From an uncultured Fibrobacteria bacterium (GTDB taxonomy: Bacteria; Fibrobacterota; Fibrobacteria; UBA11236), in NCBI GenBank assembly GCA_963716395.1, contig OY970309.1, positions 3,168,001-3,232,000 of the forward strand: 64,000 nt of DNA, in the 5' to 3' direction. Shown here piece by piece: positions 20,135-29,915 of the stretch. Under the pieces are notes generated by a model. It was given only the letters and a program-made list of their open reading frames with translations. It did no database searches and had not been told where the DNA came from. The first letter of the stretch is position 1. Each line of letters begins with the position of its first letter. A program made the translations under genes and the position numbers.

Positions 20135-22007
20135 CGTCCTTCTGCCATTTGGCCTGAGCCGCCCAATAGCTGTCGGGATAATTATCGATTACCCGTTGAT
20201 AGGCTTGCAAGGCGGCGTCCCAATCGCCTTGCGCCTTGGAAATGTTCGCCATCTGATACTGCGCCCACGCTGCCTCTTTGGCCTGCGGGTATTTACGCAG
20301 CAAATCGCCGTAGGCGGCCATGGCCGCCGGCCATGCATGCCGCCGGAATTCGAGATCGCCCAATTGCACGGTCGATTCGAGACAGGCCTCAGCCAAGGAG
20401 GTATCGACGCAAGCGGCCAAAGATTTCCGGTAATACTCGGCGGCCTTGCCGTCTTCGCCTTGTTTGGCCCAGAAGGCGCCCAACTTCTGCCGAATCCACA
20501 AGAGGCGCGACGCGTCTTGAATGCCTTTTTCGGCTTGCAGTAAATAGGTGGCCTGATCCTTGGGATCGCCTTCGCTGGCCCGGGCCAAATGGTAAATCAC
20601 TTCCGGACGGGGCGGTCCGAAACCGCTGTCGCGATCCACCTTTTGCAACAGGGGAACGGCTTGCTCGCCTTGGCCCTGGCCCGTCAAGGCCAGCGCCGAC
20701 AGGTAACGCGCGTAGCGTTCGAAACGCCCTCCGGCGTGGTGCGCCAAGTAATCGTCGGCCTGGGCTCCGGCTTGCTGGTACAGGCCCAGCTTGAGATAAA
20801 CGGCCGCCAAATCCACGGGCACGGCTTCGGCATTGGCCGAGCCCGCGAATTGCACCTGCACGGCTTTCAATCCCTGCACACAGCGCTCGATGCGATTGTC
20901 TTCCAACGCTTCGCGCGCCGCTTCGAGAGCTTGCGCGCCCGGGCCGGGCGAAGCCGATATCACATAGAGAATTCCGCCGCCGATGGGATAGGCGGCGGCT
21001 TCGCCTTGCGATTCCGCCGCTTCGACGGCAGCGGGTTTTGAAGGCGCCGTTGTGTCGGGGAGCGTCGTGGGCGGTTTGGTCTTGGCCGGAACCGGGGACA
21101 GATGGGCGCGTAAGGCCTGGATGGCATCTTCGGCTTGTTTGCGGCCGGCATCGCTTTGCGTGGCTTTGACATAGCTCTCATAAGCGGCGATGGCTTCGCG
21201 ATTACGCCCCTGCTTCTGATAAATCCGGCCGAGATAGAAATAGGCGTTGAAGCCCTTGTCGGGATAGGCCGTGCTGCGTTTGAAGTCGTAAATCGCCTTG
21301 TCCAACTCGCCGCGCTCGTAGCGAATCACGCCGCCGAGATAATACGCACCTGGATGGCCCGGCGCTTTGCGCAAAACCACCCGCAGGGTCTTCAGGGCCT
21401 CGTCTTTGTGACCTGCGCGGTATTGCTGGATGGCCGCGTTGAATTCGGGCATAGCGTAGATTCCCGCGGCGGGTTTTGCCGTGGTCGGAGCCGGAGTTGG
21501 TGAGGCGGTGCGCGGTTTGGAAGGATGGGCGCCGGAATCGGCCGGCGCGTGGGCCGCCTGCGGGGCCGGCGGTGGCTCGGCGGGCAGCGGTTCACCGCGG
21601 GCGATTCGTTTCAGATTCTGTTTGGCCGTGTCGACCCAATTTTTTTGCGCGGCGGTATTCGACAACTTGCGCCAGGCATCGAGGGCTCCGTTCTTATCCC
21701 CGGATTTTTCCAGCGCCACCGCCAGCTTGGCCTGCAGTGCCGGGCGTGCCGGATCGCGCCGCAAGGCGGCGCGGTAGCTTTCCAGCGCCCCGTTGCTTTG
21801 ACCCATGCGCAGGCGCAAATCGCCCAACCACTCATAGGCGGCGACGTCATCGGGGTATTCGGACAAGTGCAGACGCAATTCCTGGGCGGCCCGATCCAAT
21901 TGCCCCGATTGCTCCCATTTTTTGGCCAGATCGAGACGCAGATCGGCGGCCGGCTCCGCCGCCGCGAGCGATGCGACCAAGGCCAGGAAAAAAGCGATGC
22001 GCATCAT
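20094..22007 (-). CDS. Exported tetratricopeptide repeat protein
   Basis: Signal peptide MMRIAFFLALVASLAAA; many TPRs separated by Pro/Ala linkers; CpoB/BamD-like C-terminus (YQRVIDNYPDSYWAAQA). Confidence 0.85.
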   Translation of the reverse strand: MMRIAFFLALVASLAAAEPAADLRLDLAKKWEQSGQLDRAAQELRLHLSEYPDDVAAYEWLGDLRLRMGQSNGALESYRAALRRDPARPALQAKLAVALEKSGDKNGALDAWRKLSNTAAQKNWVDTAKQNLKRIARGEPLPAEPPPAPQAAHAPADSGAHPSKPRTASPTPAPTTAKPAAGIYAMPEFNAAIQQYRAGHKDEALKTLRVVLRKAPGHPGAYYLGGVIRYERGELDKAIYDFKRSTAYPDKGFNAYFYLGRIYQKQGRNREAIAAYESYVKATQSDAGRKQAEDAIQALRAHLSPVPAKTKPPTTLPDTTAPSKPAAVEAAESQGEAAAYPIGGGILYVISASPGPGAQALEAAREALEDNRIERCVQGLKAVQVQFAGSANAEAVPVDLAAVYLKLGLYQQAGAQADDYLAHHAGGRFERYARYLSALALTGQGQGEQAVPLLQKVDRDSGFGPPRPEVIYHLARASEGDPKDQATYLLQAEKGIQDASRLLWIRQKLGAFWAKQGEDGKAAEYYRKSLAACVDTSLAEACLESTVQLGDLEFRRHAWPAAMAAYGDLLRKYPQAKEAAWAQYQMANISKAQGDWDAALQAYQRVIDNYPDSYWAAQAKWQKDDAVWRKEYQGVLH

Positions 22008-22069
22008 GTCGGGACCGGGCCTTCGCAGCGGGATCGCGGGATCGCGGAAATCATCATGGATTTGGGTGC

Positions 22070-22098
22070 ATTATAATCTTTCCGACGGCCCGGGTAAA
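22070..22098 (-). promoter_or_regulatory. Sigma70-like promoter of the TPR/signalling operon
   Basis: TTTACC-N17-TATAAT on the minus strand, about 60 nt upstream of the start at 22007. Confidence 0.55.
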
Positions 22099-22142
22099 CC
22101 ACCTCGTCGGCCCGCAGCATAGGGATGCAAGCGGGACGGCGA

Positions 22143-23327
22143 TCACTTGCCGGGAAAACGCAACACCCGCACACGCAGCACGTTGTCGATGGCGCGCAGC
22201 GTTGCTTCCAGTCCCGGCGGAAAATCCTGATCGAGATCGATGATGTTGTAACCGATCTTGCCGTTGCTTTCGTTGGTCATGGACTGGATGTTGAGCCCGA
22301 CATTCCCCAAGGCCTGGGTGATATGAGCGATCACGTTGGGCCGGTCGCGGTTGATGACGGTCAGACGCGTGCGCGTCGACCCCTGGGGGAAGACCTCGAC
22401 CACGGGAAAGTTCACCGAATTGGCGATCACGCCGTATTCGAGGTAGTTGCGCACCTGCTTCACGGCCATGACGGCGCAGTTTTCTTCCGACTCCGCGGTG
22501 CTCGCACCCAGATGGGGCGTACAAATCACCCGATCGTTCCCCAGCAAAGCGCGGCTGGGAAAATCGGTGATATAGGTCTGTACCTTGCCGGCTTGCAAAG
22601 CGGCCAGCACAGCCGCGTCGTCGTAAATGCCCTTGCGCGCGTAATTCATCAGAATGACCCCGTCGCGCGTGCCCTGCAATTGCTTGGAGTCGATGAGGTT
22701 ACGGGTTTGATCCGAAAGCGGCACATGCACCGAAATCACATCGGCCGCCCGCACCACGTCTTCGAGCGTATGCGCGACTTCGGCGCGGGCGTTCAAGGCG
22801 TGGAAATTGGCGATGGTGGGAAAGGGATCATAGCCTATCACGTTCATGCCCCGGTCCACGCCGGCGTTGGCCACCAGCACCCCGATTTTCCCCAACCCGA
22901 TCACCCCCAGTGTCTTCCCCATCAACTCGAACCCGGTGTAGTGCGATTTTCCCTTTTCCACCTTTTCGGAAAGGGCTTTTTCGTCGGTTTCTTTCGCCAG
23001 CGACTGGCTGAATTCCAGGCTTTTATGGATTTTGCGCGCCGCGATTCCGAGCATGATGAAAACCAATTCGGCCACGGCGTTGGCGTTGGCGCCGGGCGTA
23101 TTGAACACGCAGACGCCTTTCTCCGTGGCTTTATCCACCGTGATATTATTGACGCCGGCGCCGGCGCGGGCGATGCACAGCGTGGAGGGCAGCAGGTCGG
23201 TGTCGACCGGCGCGCTGCGCACCAGTACGGCATCGGGCGCCTCGGCCTCGGCCGATACGGCGTAAGCGTCGGTGAAAAACTTCAGGCCTTGCGCGGAGAT
23301 ATTGTTCATGGTTTTGACGCGAAACAT
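22143..23327 (-). CDS. serA: D-3-phosphoglycerate dehydrogenase with C-terminal ACT domain
   Basis: IARAGAGVNNI, NTPGANANAVAEL, GVIGLGKIG, TPHLGASTAESEENCA, ACT NRDRPNVIAHI. Confidence 0.92.
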   Translation of the reverse strand: MFRVKTMNNISAQGLKFFTDAYAVSAEAEAPDAVLVRSAPVDTDLLPSTLCIARAGAGVNNITVDKATEKGVCVFNTPGANANAVAELVFIMLGIAARKIHKSLEFSQSLAKETDEKALSEKVEKGKSHYTGFELMGKTLGVIGLGKIGVLVANAGVDRGMNVIGYDPFPTIANFHALNARAEVAHTLEDVVRAADVISVHVPLSDQTRNLIDSKQLQGTRDGVILMNYARKGIYDDAAVLAALQAGKVQTYITDFPSRALLGNDRVICTPHLGASTAESEENCAVMAVKQVRNYLEYGVIANSVNFPVVEVFPQGSTRTRLTVINRDRPNVIAHITQALGNVGLNIQSMTNESNGKIGYNIIDLDQDFPPGLEATLRAIDNVLRVRVLRFPGK

Positions 23328-23434
23328 GGTGCCGCCTCGGTTTGGGAAGTCCGAAAAATTAGCTGCGCGTCCGCGCGGCGGCAACCGCCGCCTCGGGTAT
23401 GCTCCGTGTTACCCCGGCCGCGTGGCGACCGGCG

Positions 23435-24133
23435 TTAAGGACGGGGCGGCGGATAGCCGGGAATGGGATCGGTGGTATTCTTATTCGAAGGCTGTAGCCA
23501 CAGCTCATAGGCGGCAAACCCCAAGCCCCCGGCTGCGGCCAGGGCCAGCGGGAATTTCCAGTAAATCGCCTTTTTCTGGTTCTTGAACTTTTGTTCAATG
23601 GCCGGGCTCCACTTGAAATTCATGGCGATCACGCTTTCGTCGTCCTGCACGTCATATTGCAGGTCATAGGGCGTGAACAGACTTACCCGCACTACGTCGC
23701 GAATGTCGGGTTTCAAACCTTCGACATCTTTGTTCAAATCGACTTTGAGGGATTGGATGGTGCTGTTGGTGAAAGGGGGATCGTGAATCGGCGTCATGAT
23801 GCTTTGGCCAACGTGTGTGTCGTAAAAATCGAAGACCACCGCCTTTTTCTGCGCATCATAATAATTGAAATAGGCCGAAGGTCGTTTGGTCAGCAAAAAC
23901 ATGATGCTGATCTCTTTTCCGCCTTTTTCTTTTTGACTGGGCTGCGTGACGTACTGCACGCCTTCGATGGTGCAGATCATGCCTTTTTCCGCCGGGGTGC
24001 GGGTGGGCGCGTCGGGTAAATCGACCAAATCTTCGTATTGGGCGTGTGCAGGAAGCACGGTCAGCCCGGCGGCGAAAACGCCGATTTTCCAGGTCAACCC
24101 CACCCATCGCTTCAAATCGAAATTCCCGCGCAT
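23435..24133 (-). CDS. Exported hypothetical protein with AMIN-like domain, C-terminal TM and Pro-rich tail
   Basis: AAGGAG RBS; signal peptide ending AHA; AVVFDFYDT...VVRVSL...YDV pattern; LALAAAGGLGFAAYELW; ends PIPGYPPPRP. Confidence 0.7.
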   Translation of the reverse strand: MRGNFDLKRWVGLTWKIGVFAAGLTVLPAHAQYEDLVDLPDAPTRTPAEKGMICTIEGVQYVTQPSQKEKGGKEISIMFLLTKRPSAYFNYYDAQKKAVVFDFYDTHVGQSIMTPIHDPPFTNSTIQSLKVDLNKDVEGLKPDIRDVVRVSLFTPYDLQYDVQDDESVIAMNFKWSPAIEQKFKNQKKAIYWKFPLALAAAGGLGFAAYELWLQPSNKNTTDPIPGYPPPRP

Positions 24134-24184
24134 TGGTCTACTCCTTTTAAAATAGATAATGGCCTAATTTCAAGGGGATTGGAA

Positions 24185-24973
24185 TTAAAAAAGCGGGCGA
24201 ATCGCATCGAAGAGCAGTTTGATCGCCAAGAGTATCCCGGTCACCAGCAAAAAAATGCGGACGAAATTCTCGCCGCGCCGGATTTGCAATTGGCTCCCCA
24301 TGAATCCACCCACACCGGTTCCGGCGGCCAAGGCCGCCGCTAAGTCCCAGCGGATCTTGCCGAAGGCGCCGTAAATCACCAGGGACAACGTGGTTAGAAT
24401 GAACACGTTCAACACCTTTAAAGAATTGCTTTGCAAGAGATTGAGATTGCCCATGCGCGAAAACACATAAAGCATGATCAAACCCACCCCGGCTTGGATG
24501 AAGCCGGAATACAACCCGATGCCGGCGTAGAACAGGAAGGGCCAAAAGCCGGATCGAAGGGTCAGGGCCTCTTCCGTGGCGATTCTCGCCCCCTGGCGGC
24601 GCGGTTTCACGGTTTGGATCACGACGAATAATATGACGGCGGCCAATACCGGTTTGAAAGCCCGGTCGGGTAAAACCACGCCGAGATACGACCCGGCGGC
24701 GGCTCCGAGAAACCCCGGGATGCCGATGCGCAGCGACAGCCCGGGGTAGACCATTCCCCGTCGCCAGAATCCCGCCGTCGATCCCAGGCTTCCCATCCAC
24801 ACGCCCAGGCGATTGGTGCCATTGGCCACGGCCGCAGGCAACCCGAGCCACAGCAAGAGCGGAAGTACCAGTACCGATCCGCCCCCGGAAATGGAATTGA
24901 CGATGGATACCGCGCAACCCGTAAGGAGAAGCAGAACATAACAGGCCGGGGGATGCTGCCAGAAGGCGGTCAC
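24185..24973 (-). CDS. TauE/SafE family (sulfite exporter-like) membrane protein
   Basis: NSISGGGS...ANGTN and YSGFIQAGVG motifs; about 8 TMs. Confidence 0.88.
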   Translation of the reverse strand: MTAFWQHPPACYVLLLLTGCAVSIVNSISGGGSVLVLPLLLWLGLPAAVANGTNRLGVWMGSLGSTAGFWRRGMVYPGLSLRIGIPGFLGAAAGSYLGVVLPDRAFKPVLAAVILFVVIQTVKPRRQGARIATEEALTLRSGFWPFLFYAGIGLYSGFIQAGVGLIMLYVFSRMGNLNLLQSNSLKVLNVFILTTLSLVIYGAFGKIRWDLAAALAAGTGVGGFMGSQLQIRRGENFVRIFLLVTGILLAIKLLFDAIRPLF

Positions 24974-26418
24974 GGCACCGATTCCCGGCTGCGCACCGCC
25001 GCCAGGGAAATGCCGGGACGATCCTTCTCTTTGGCATACAGCGCCGTGACTTCATGCAGCGCTTCGGCAAAGGCGTTGGGAACCCCCCATTGGCCTTCAC
25101 CCAATTGCTCGGCTTGGGATAGAAAAGACTGCAACTGGATTAAATCGAAATGTGAGGCGTCGATACGGCGGCGAAAATACACATGGTCTCCCCAGTTCTT
25201 CTGCCGAATCCACCCCAGTTCTTTCAGCGGCAAGGCCAACTGCAAGATGCGCTCGGGCGGCTGCCCCAAAAGCTGGGCGACTTCGGCGCCCGCCACTACG
25301 CCGCGTCGCAGGTCGAGCAAATCCCACAGCGCGATCACCTCGCTGATCGAGGCGGGGCCTTCCGGAGTCACGCTTAGTCTATCGGCCGTCCGGGAGTCGG
25401 GAGCGTACAGGCGCTGTTGGAGAAAAGCCACGGCCGCGCCGAATAAGGCCGCAGCCCAGAAGAAATAAATCAGCAGCAGGAGAACGGGAAGAATGGCCAG
25501 GGAACCGTATAAAAATCGGTTTTGTGCCAACAGCAATTTGGGAAAAAGAAACAGCAGTCGGGAAAAAAAATAGATGATGGCGGTGGAAACCGTGGCGCCC
25601 AGCCAGGCCGGCTGCAGACGCACCCGGGCATTGGGGAGGATGTAAATCATCATGCCCAAGCCCAGCCACATGAATACCAGCACTCCGGCCGCACCGAATA
25701 TGAAGAAGCCGCCATGGGGAATAAACGCCGGTAAGCCGCCCGAGAAATCCCAGTTTTTGAAGGCGTTCCGGGCCTTGAGCAAAAGGCGTGCGCTCAGCAG
25801 CACCAAGGCTACCAGCAACGCCAGAAACGGGGTGTAAATCCGGAAACGGGCCCACCAATTGCGCACGCGCCGCACATTCCAGACCCGGTTCACACCCGAC
25901 TCGATATTGCTGATGGACAGGAAAAATCCGAACAACAGGCCCAACATGCCCCCGCTGCTTAGACGGTGAAAGCCCAGGCGCTGCGCACGCTCCAGACTGT
26001 GCAAAACCGGTTCGAGGGGGAGATCGAGATTAAAAGAAGAGGTTACATAGGGGACGAGATGCGACATCAAATTCAAGTACCCGAGTTTTCCGGCCACGGC
26101 CGACAGAAAGACCACGAAGGGTATGAAGGTGATTAAGGTGGTAAAGGTCAGGGCGGCCGCGCGCATGGGAACTTCGTTGACCGAGAAGCTCACCGCGGCC
26201 AGAAACAGCACGCGCAGTAATCTCGCCGCCAAGGCGTGGGGACCATTATGCAGGGGATCGCCGGCCCGGCGCAACCTCCGCCACAAATGGTCTTCGCCGC
26301 GGGTCCATCGCTGCCACGCCTTGTTGGCGCGCAACAAAACGGTGCGGGATTCGTTGCTAACTTTGGGACTTTTCAAAGAAGGCGTTTTCCCCTTGAAGGC
26401 CGCCGGTTCGGGCGTCAT
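24970..26418 (-). CDS. YihY/virulence factor BrkB family membrane protein with C-terminal winged-helix-like domain
   Basis: RAAALTFTTLITFIP, IESGVNRVW, IYILPNARV, LYGSLAILPVLLL. Confidence 0.85.
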   Translation of the reverse strand: MTPEPAAFKGKTPSLKSPKVSNESRTVLLRANKAWQRWTRGEDHLWRRLRRAGDPLHNGPHALAARLLRVLFLAAVSFSVNEVPMRAAALTFTTLITFIPFVVFLSAVAGKLGYLNLMSHLVPYVTSSFNLDLPLEPVLHSLERAQRLGFHRLSSGGMLGLLFGFFLSISNIESGVNRVWNVRRVRNWWARFRIYTPFLALLVALVLLSARLLLKARNAFKNWDFSGGLPAFIPHGGFFIFGAAGVLVFMWLGLGMMIYILPNARVRLQPAWLGATVSTAIIYFFSRLLFLFPKLLLAQNRFLYGSLAILPVLLLLIYFFWAAALFGAAVAFLQQRLYAPDSRTADRLSVTPEGPASISEVIALWDLLDLRRGVVAGAEVAQLLGQPPERILQLALPLKELGWIRQKNWGDHVYFRRRIDASHFDLIQLQSFLSQAEQLGEGQWGVPNAFAEALHEVTALYAKEKDRPGISLAAVRSRESVP

Positions 26419-26452
26419 CGGTTGCCCAGGCAAATTAAGAAACCGCAACGCG

Positions 26453-27682
26453 GTGGCCGCAATTTTGCTCGCCGTGGCGGGGCCCACGGCCGCTCCTGTC
26501 TTTCCCACCTGGTACGCGCCGGGCTTGTATCCGGGCATTACTCCGGAGCAAAGCGATGTGGCACATGCCGCCATCAATCGCTTTTACAACGGCGACTTCC
26601 AGGGAGCAATCGCAGTATTGGATTCCCTGGCCCCGCGGGAAGAGCGCGACAGTCTTCCGCCGCTCAGTCAATTGCTGCTGGTCTCCATGGCCGAAACGCG
26701 TTTGCAACGCGATGAGGCGCAGACTCGGCAGGACTCGCTGGACTTGGGCGATCAAATCGATAATGCCGCCGCCGCAGGCCTGGCCGCCTGCCGCAACGGC
26801 GAACAGGCGCGTTATCCCGCCACCTGTCTTTTAATCGAAGGCGGCATTCGCGGCTTTCTGGCCACGCGTCAAATTCCCACCGATCCCATGCGGGCCCTGA
26901 ACGAAGGCTTGCATGCCCTGCACCTGTTGCAGCGGGCTTTGGAAAAAGATTCCCGGCTGCGCGACGCCTACCTAGGCGAAGGGATTTTTCAATGCACGGT
27001 GGCCAGCGCACCCCTGGTGGTACGGGCCGCCCTGAAGGTCATGGGCGTCGAAGTCAGCATGCCGCGGGGTATGGCCGCTCTGCGGCGCGCCGCCTATCGC
27101 GGGCAATACACTTCGGTGGCCAGCCAGTTTTTTTTGATTCAATTCCTGTCGCCGTTCAATGACGAACCCCGGAGCGAAAAAATCCGCATTTTCCGCACTC
27201 TCGAAAGCGTATTCCCCGAGTCGGCCTACCCCACCTTTCTGCGCTGGGACGAGGCCCTGTGCTTTTACCCAGACAGCTTTTATCAACCAGAGCGCCGCGC
27301 TGAATTGGAAGCACGCCTGCGCGCGGTGGTGGTCCGCGATGGTCCGGGCCGGGTTTACCGGAACCTGGTGAAATACCAATATTCGCTCTGCAATCCGGCA
27401 CCAACTCCGGAATTCGCACCCGACCCGGACACCGATCTCGACGAGTATTCCTATTACCCGATTTTCCTGGCGGCTCTGCGTCTGCGCCGCCAATTGCGCG
27501 ACAGCGCGGGTCCCGATTCATCACGTCCGGTGCGCTTACAGCGGATTCGGGTCCTGGAAGATTCGGCGTTGACTACGCTGGAAAATTCCGGCATGAATGC
27601 GTCGCAGCGCAATTTTTTTGCCTGGCATATCCACGATGCCTTGCGCGAAGAAATGTTGCGTCCGCCGCACCGGGCGGATTGA
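26453..27682 (+). CDS. Exported helical-repeat (TPR-like) hypothetical protein; start uncertain
   Basis: Signal-like N-terminus; AINRFYNGDFQGA and DAYLGEGIF TPR-like segments. The 26123 start in the ORF track overlaps the divergent gene. Confidence 0.7.
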   Translation: MAAILLAVAGPTAAPVFPTWYAPGLYPGITPEQSDVAHAAINRFYNGDFQGAIAVLDSLAPREERDSLPPLSQLLLVSMAETRLQRDEAQTRQDSLDLGDQIDNAAAAGLAACRNGEQARYPATCLLIEGGIRGFLATRQIPTDPMRALNEGLHALHLLQRALEKDSRLRDAYLGEGIFQCTVASAPLVVRAALKVMGVEVSMPRGMAALRRAAYRGQYTSVASQFFLIQFLSPFNDEPRSEKIRIFRTLESVFPESAYPTFLRWDEALCFYPDSFYQPERRAELEARLRAVVVRDGPGRVYRNLVKYQYSLCNPAPTPEFAPDPDTDLDEYSYYPIFLAALRLRRQLRDSAGPDSSRPVRLQRIRVLEDSALTTLENSGMNASQRNFFAWHIHDALREEMLRPPHRAD

Positions 27683-27711
27683 CGCGCTTCCCGCCACACG
27701 ACATACGCAGG

Positions 27712-29862
27712 TTACTGCGGCCGGGCCACGATCACATCGTAGGCCGTGGTGAAATCGCGCGGCGCGGCCGAGAGGTATTCCCCCACATGCGCGCAGAGCG
27801 TTTCCCATTCTGCGGCCTCCAAGGCGGCGCGCAAGGCCGCGAACGCACCCGAGTGCGCCGCCCGATCCAATCCGGCGCGAACCTGGGTGGGCGTCAGCCG
27901 GCGACGCTCGGCATAAGTCTTTTCCAGGCGGCGAACATTCCAGCCCGCTTGCGCTTCCCATTCCCTGGCGAGTCTCTGACCCGGTCCGAGGGCGGCTGGC
28001 GTTGCGAGCGACAAAGCTTTGACGCGCATCGCTTGGGGGGCTTGCGACAGCCATTCGTTCCAGGGCCATTCCGCTTCCCGGCGCCAGGCCAACACCCATA
28101 CGGCCCGGCGGGCGACGGTGCGGTGCAAGGCCTCGACCCATTCCCAAGACGGCGGTGTGATTTGCAATCCCAAAAGGGCGTCGAAGTTCGGCGCTTCGGA
28201 ACCGAACGCGCCGGGTTCCGCCAGTCCCGGCAACGAACACACCCACGCTTGCGGTTGGCCCATGGCATCGAGACGCTGCGCCCAGGCTGCGAATTCGGCT
28301 TGTTCCGCTTCACTCTCACAACGGCACCACACTCCGCCTTCAAGACAACGGCGCAAGGCCTCCCAGGCCAGAAAACCGTGATGACCTCCGAGATCCAACA
28401 CCAAAGACTCACGCCGCAAAGCCGCGGCCTCGCATAGGTCGTCGCGCAGGCGGCGCAAGGCTTCGCTTCCCGTTTCCGCGGTGCGCAGCCAGTCGCCCTC
28501 GCGGGCCGCCACAGCCCCCGGGCTGTTGGGTGGCACGGCCCATTGGGCTTCGCGGCGGCGCAACACCTCGGCGCGCACGCCGCTTTCATAGCCCAGGCGG
28601 CCCGGTTCGTAAAAGGCGCGGCCGCGCAGCCCCGCGGGCAGGTATTGCTGCGCCACCCAATGATCGCGAAAGGCATGCGGATACAAATACCCTTGGCCAT
28701 GCCCCAAATCGGCGTCGCGGCTTTTGTCTTTGAGCGCGTCGGGCACTTCGCCGATGCGTTCGCGGCGTACGGTTTCCAAGGCGTCGAAATAGGCCAGGGC
28801 GCTGTTGCTTTTCGGCGCCGTGGCCAAATACAAACAGGCCTCGGCCAAATGGAATTGGCCTTCGGGCAATCCCACGTAGTCGAACGCCGCGGCCGCCGAC
28901 ATCACCACTGCCAGGGCCCGGGGGTCGGCGAGGCCCACGTCTTCGGCGGCGAGAATGACCATGCGCCGGAACAAAAAACGCGGGTCTTCCCCGGCCTCCA
29001 CCATTTTGGCCAGCCAATACAAGGCCGCGTCGGGATCGGAACCGCGCACGGCTTTGATGAACGCCGAGATGGTGTCGTAATGCGCGTCGCCGTCTTTGTC
29101 GTAGAGCACGGCCTTGCGCTGAATGCTTTCTTCGGCCACGGCCAAGGTGATGTGGCGCGCTCCGCCAGCGTCGGGCGCCGTGGTTTCCACTGCCAACTCC
29201 AGTGCATTCAAGGCGCTGCGTGCGTCGCCTTGCGCCATGCGCACCAGATGCTCCAAAGCGCCGGGTTCCGCCTGCACGCGCAGCTTGCCGTAGCCGCGGT
29301 CCGCATCGCGCAAGGCGTTGTCCACAGCGCGCCGCACGTCGGCGTCTTCCAGCGCGCGCAATTGAAAGATGCGCGAGCGCGACACCAAGGCCTTGTTCAC
29401 CTCGAAGTACGGATTCTCGGTGGTGGCGCCGATCAGAATCAAGGTGCCGTTTTCCACATGTGGCAGCAACGCGTCTTGCTGCGCCTTGTTGAAGCGGTGC
29501 ACTTCGTCGACGAACAACAAGGTACCGCGGCCGTGCAGGCGCCGCGCTTCCAGCGCCGAATCCAGAGCGGCGCGAATATCCTTGACGCCGGCCAGCACCG
29601 CGTTGATGGCCAGAAATTGCGCTTGGGTGGTGTTGGCGATGATGCGGGCCAGGGTGGTTTTGCCCGTGCCCGGCGGGCCGGAAAAAATCACCGAGGTGAT
29701 GCGGTCGGCCTGGATGGCGCGGCGCAACAAGCGGCCCGGACCGAGAATGTGTTCCTGGCCCACGAATTCATCGAGGGTGCGGGGGCGCATGCGTTCGGCC
29801 AAAGGCGGTGTTCCCGCTGTGCCGGCGGTGAATAAATCCTCGGAGCGGAAGCCGACGGCCAT
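27712..29862 (-). CDS. rarA: Replication-associated recombination protein RarA/MgsA with a C-terminal methyltransferase-like extension
   Basis: PLAERMRPRTLDEFVGQEH, GPPGTGKTT, DEVHRFNKAQQD, GATTENP, ISAFIKAVRGSDPDAA, YLYPH...QQYLP; extra VLDLGGHHG domain. Confidence 0.92.
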   Translation of the reverse strand: MAVGFRSEDLFTAGTAGTPPLAERMRPRTLDEFVGQEHILGPGRLLRRAIQADRITSVIFSGPPGTGKTTLARIIANTTQAQFLAINAVLAGVKDIRAALDSALEARRLHGRGTLLFVDEVHRFNKAQQDALLPHVENGTLILIGATTENPYFEVNKALVSRSRIFQLRALEDADVRRAVDNALRDADRGYGKLRVQAEPGALEHLVRMAQGDARSALNALELAVETTAPDAGGARHITLAVAEESIQRKAVLYDKDGDAHYDTISAFIKAVRGSDPDAALYWLAKMVEAGEDPRFLFRRMVILAAEDVGLADPRALAVVMSAAAAFDYVGLPEGQFHLAEACLYLATAPKSNSALAYFDALETVRRERIGEVPDALKDKSRDADLGHGQGYLYPHAFRDHWVAQQYLPAGLRGRAFYEPGRLGYESGVRAEVLRRREAQWAVPPNSPGAVAAREGDWLRTAETGSEALRRLRDDLCEAAALRRESLVLDLGGHHGFLAWEALRRCLEGGVWCRCESEAEQAEFAAWAQRLDAMGQPQAWVCSLPGLAEPGAFGSEAPNFDALLGLQITPPSWEWVEALHRTVARRAVWVLAWRREAEWPWNEWLSQAPQAMRVKALSLATPAALGPGQRLAREWEAQAGWNVRRLEKTYAERRRLTPTQVRAGLDRAAHSGAFAALRAALEAAEWETLCAHVGEYLSAAPRDFTTAYDVIVARPQ

Positions 29863-29915
29863 ACTGCGAAGGATAGCAAGCGCCCCCAAGGCCCGCGACG
29901 TGGTATTTTAAGGGC

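Noticed and set aside
23375-23391. Perfect hairpin GCGGCGG-CAA-CCGCCGC upstream of serA
   Set aside because: No T-tract and no riboswitch or attenuator features; function unsupported.
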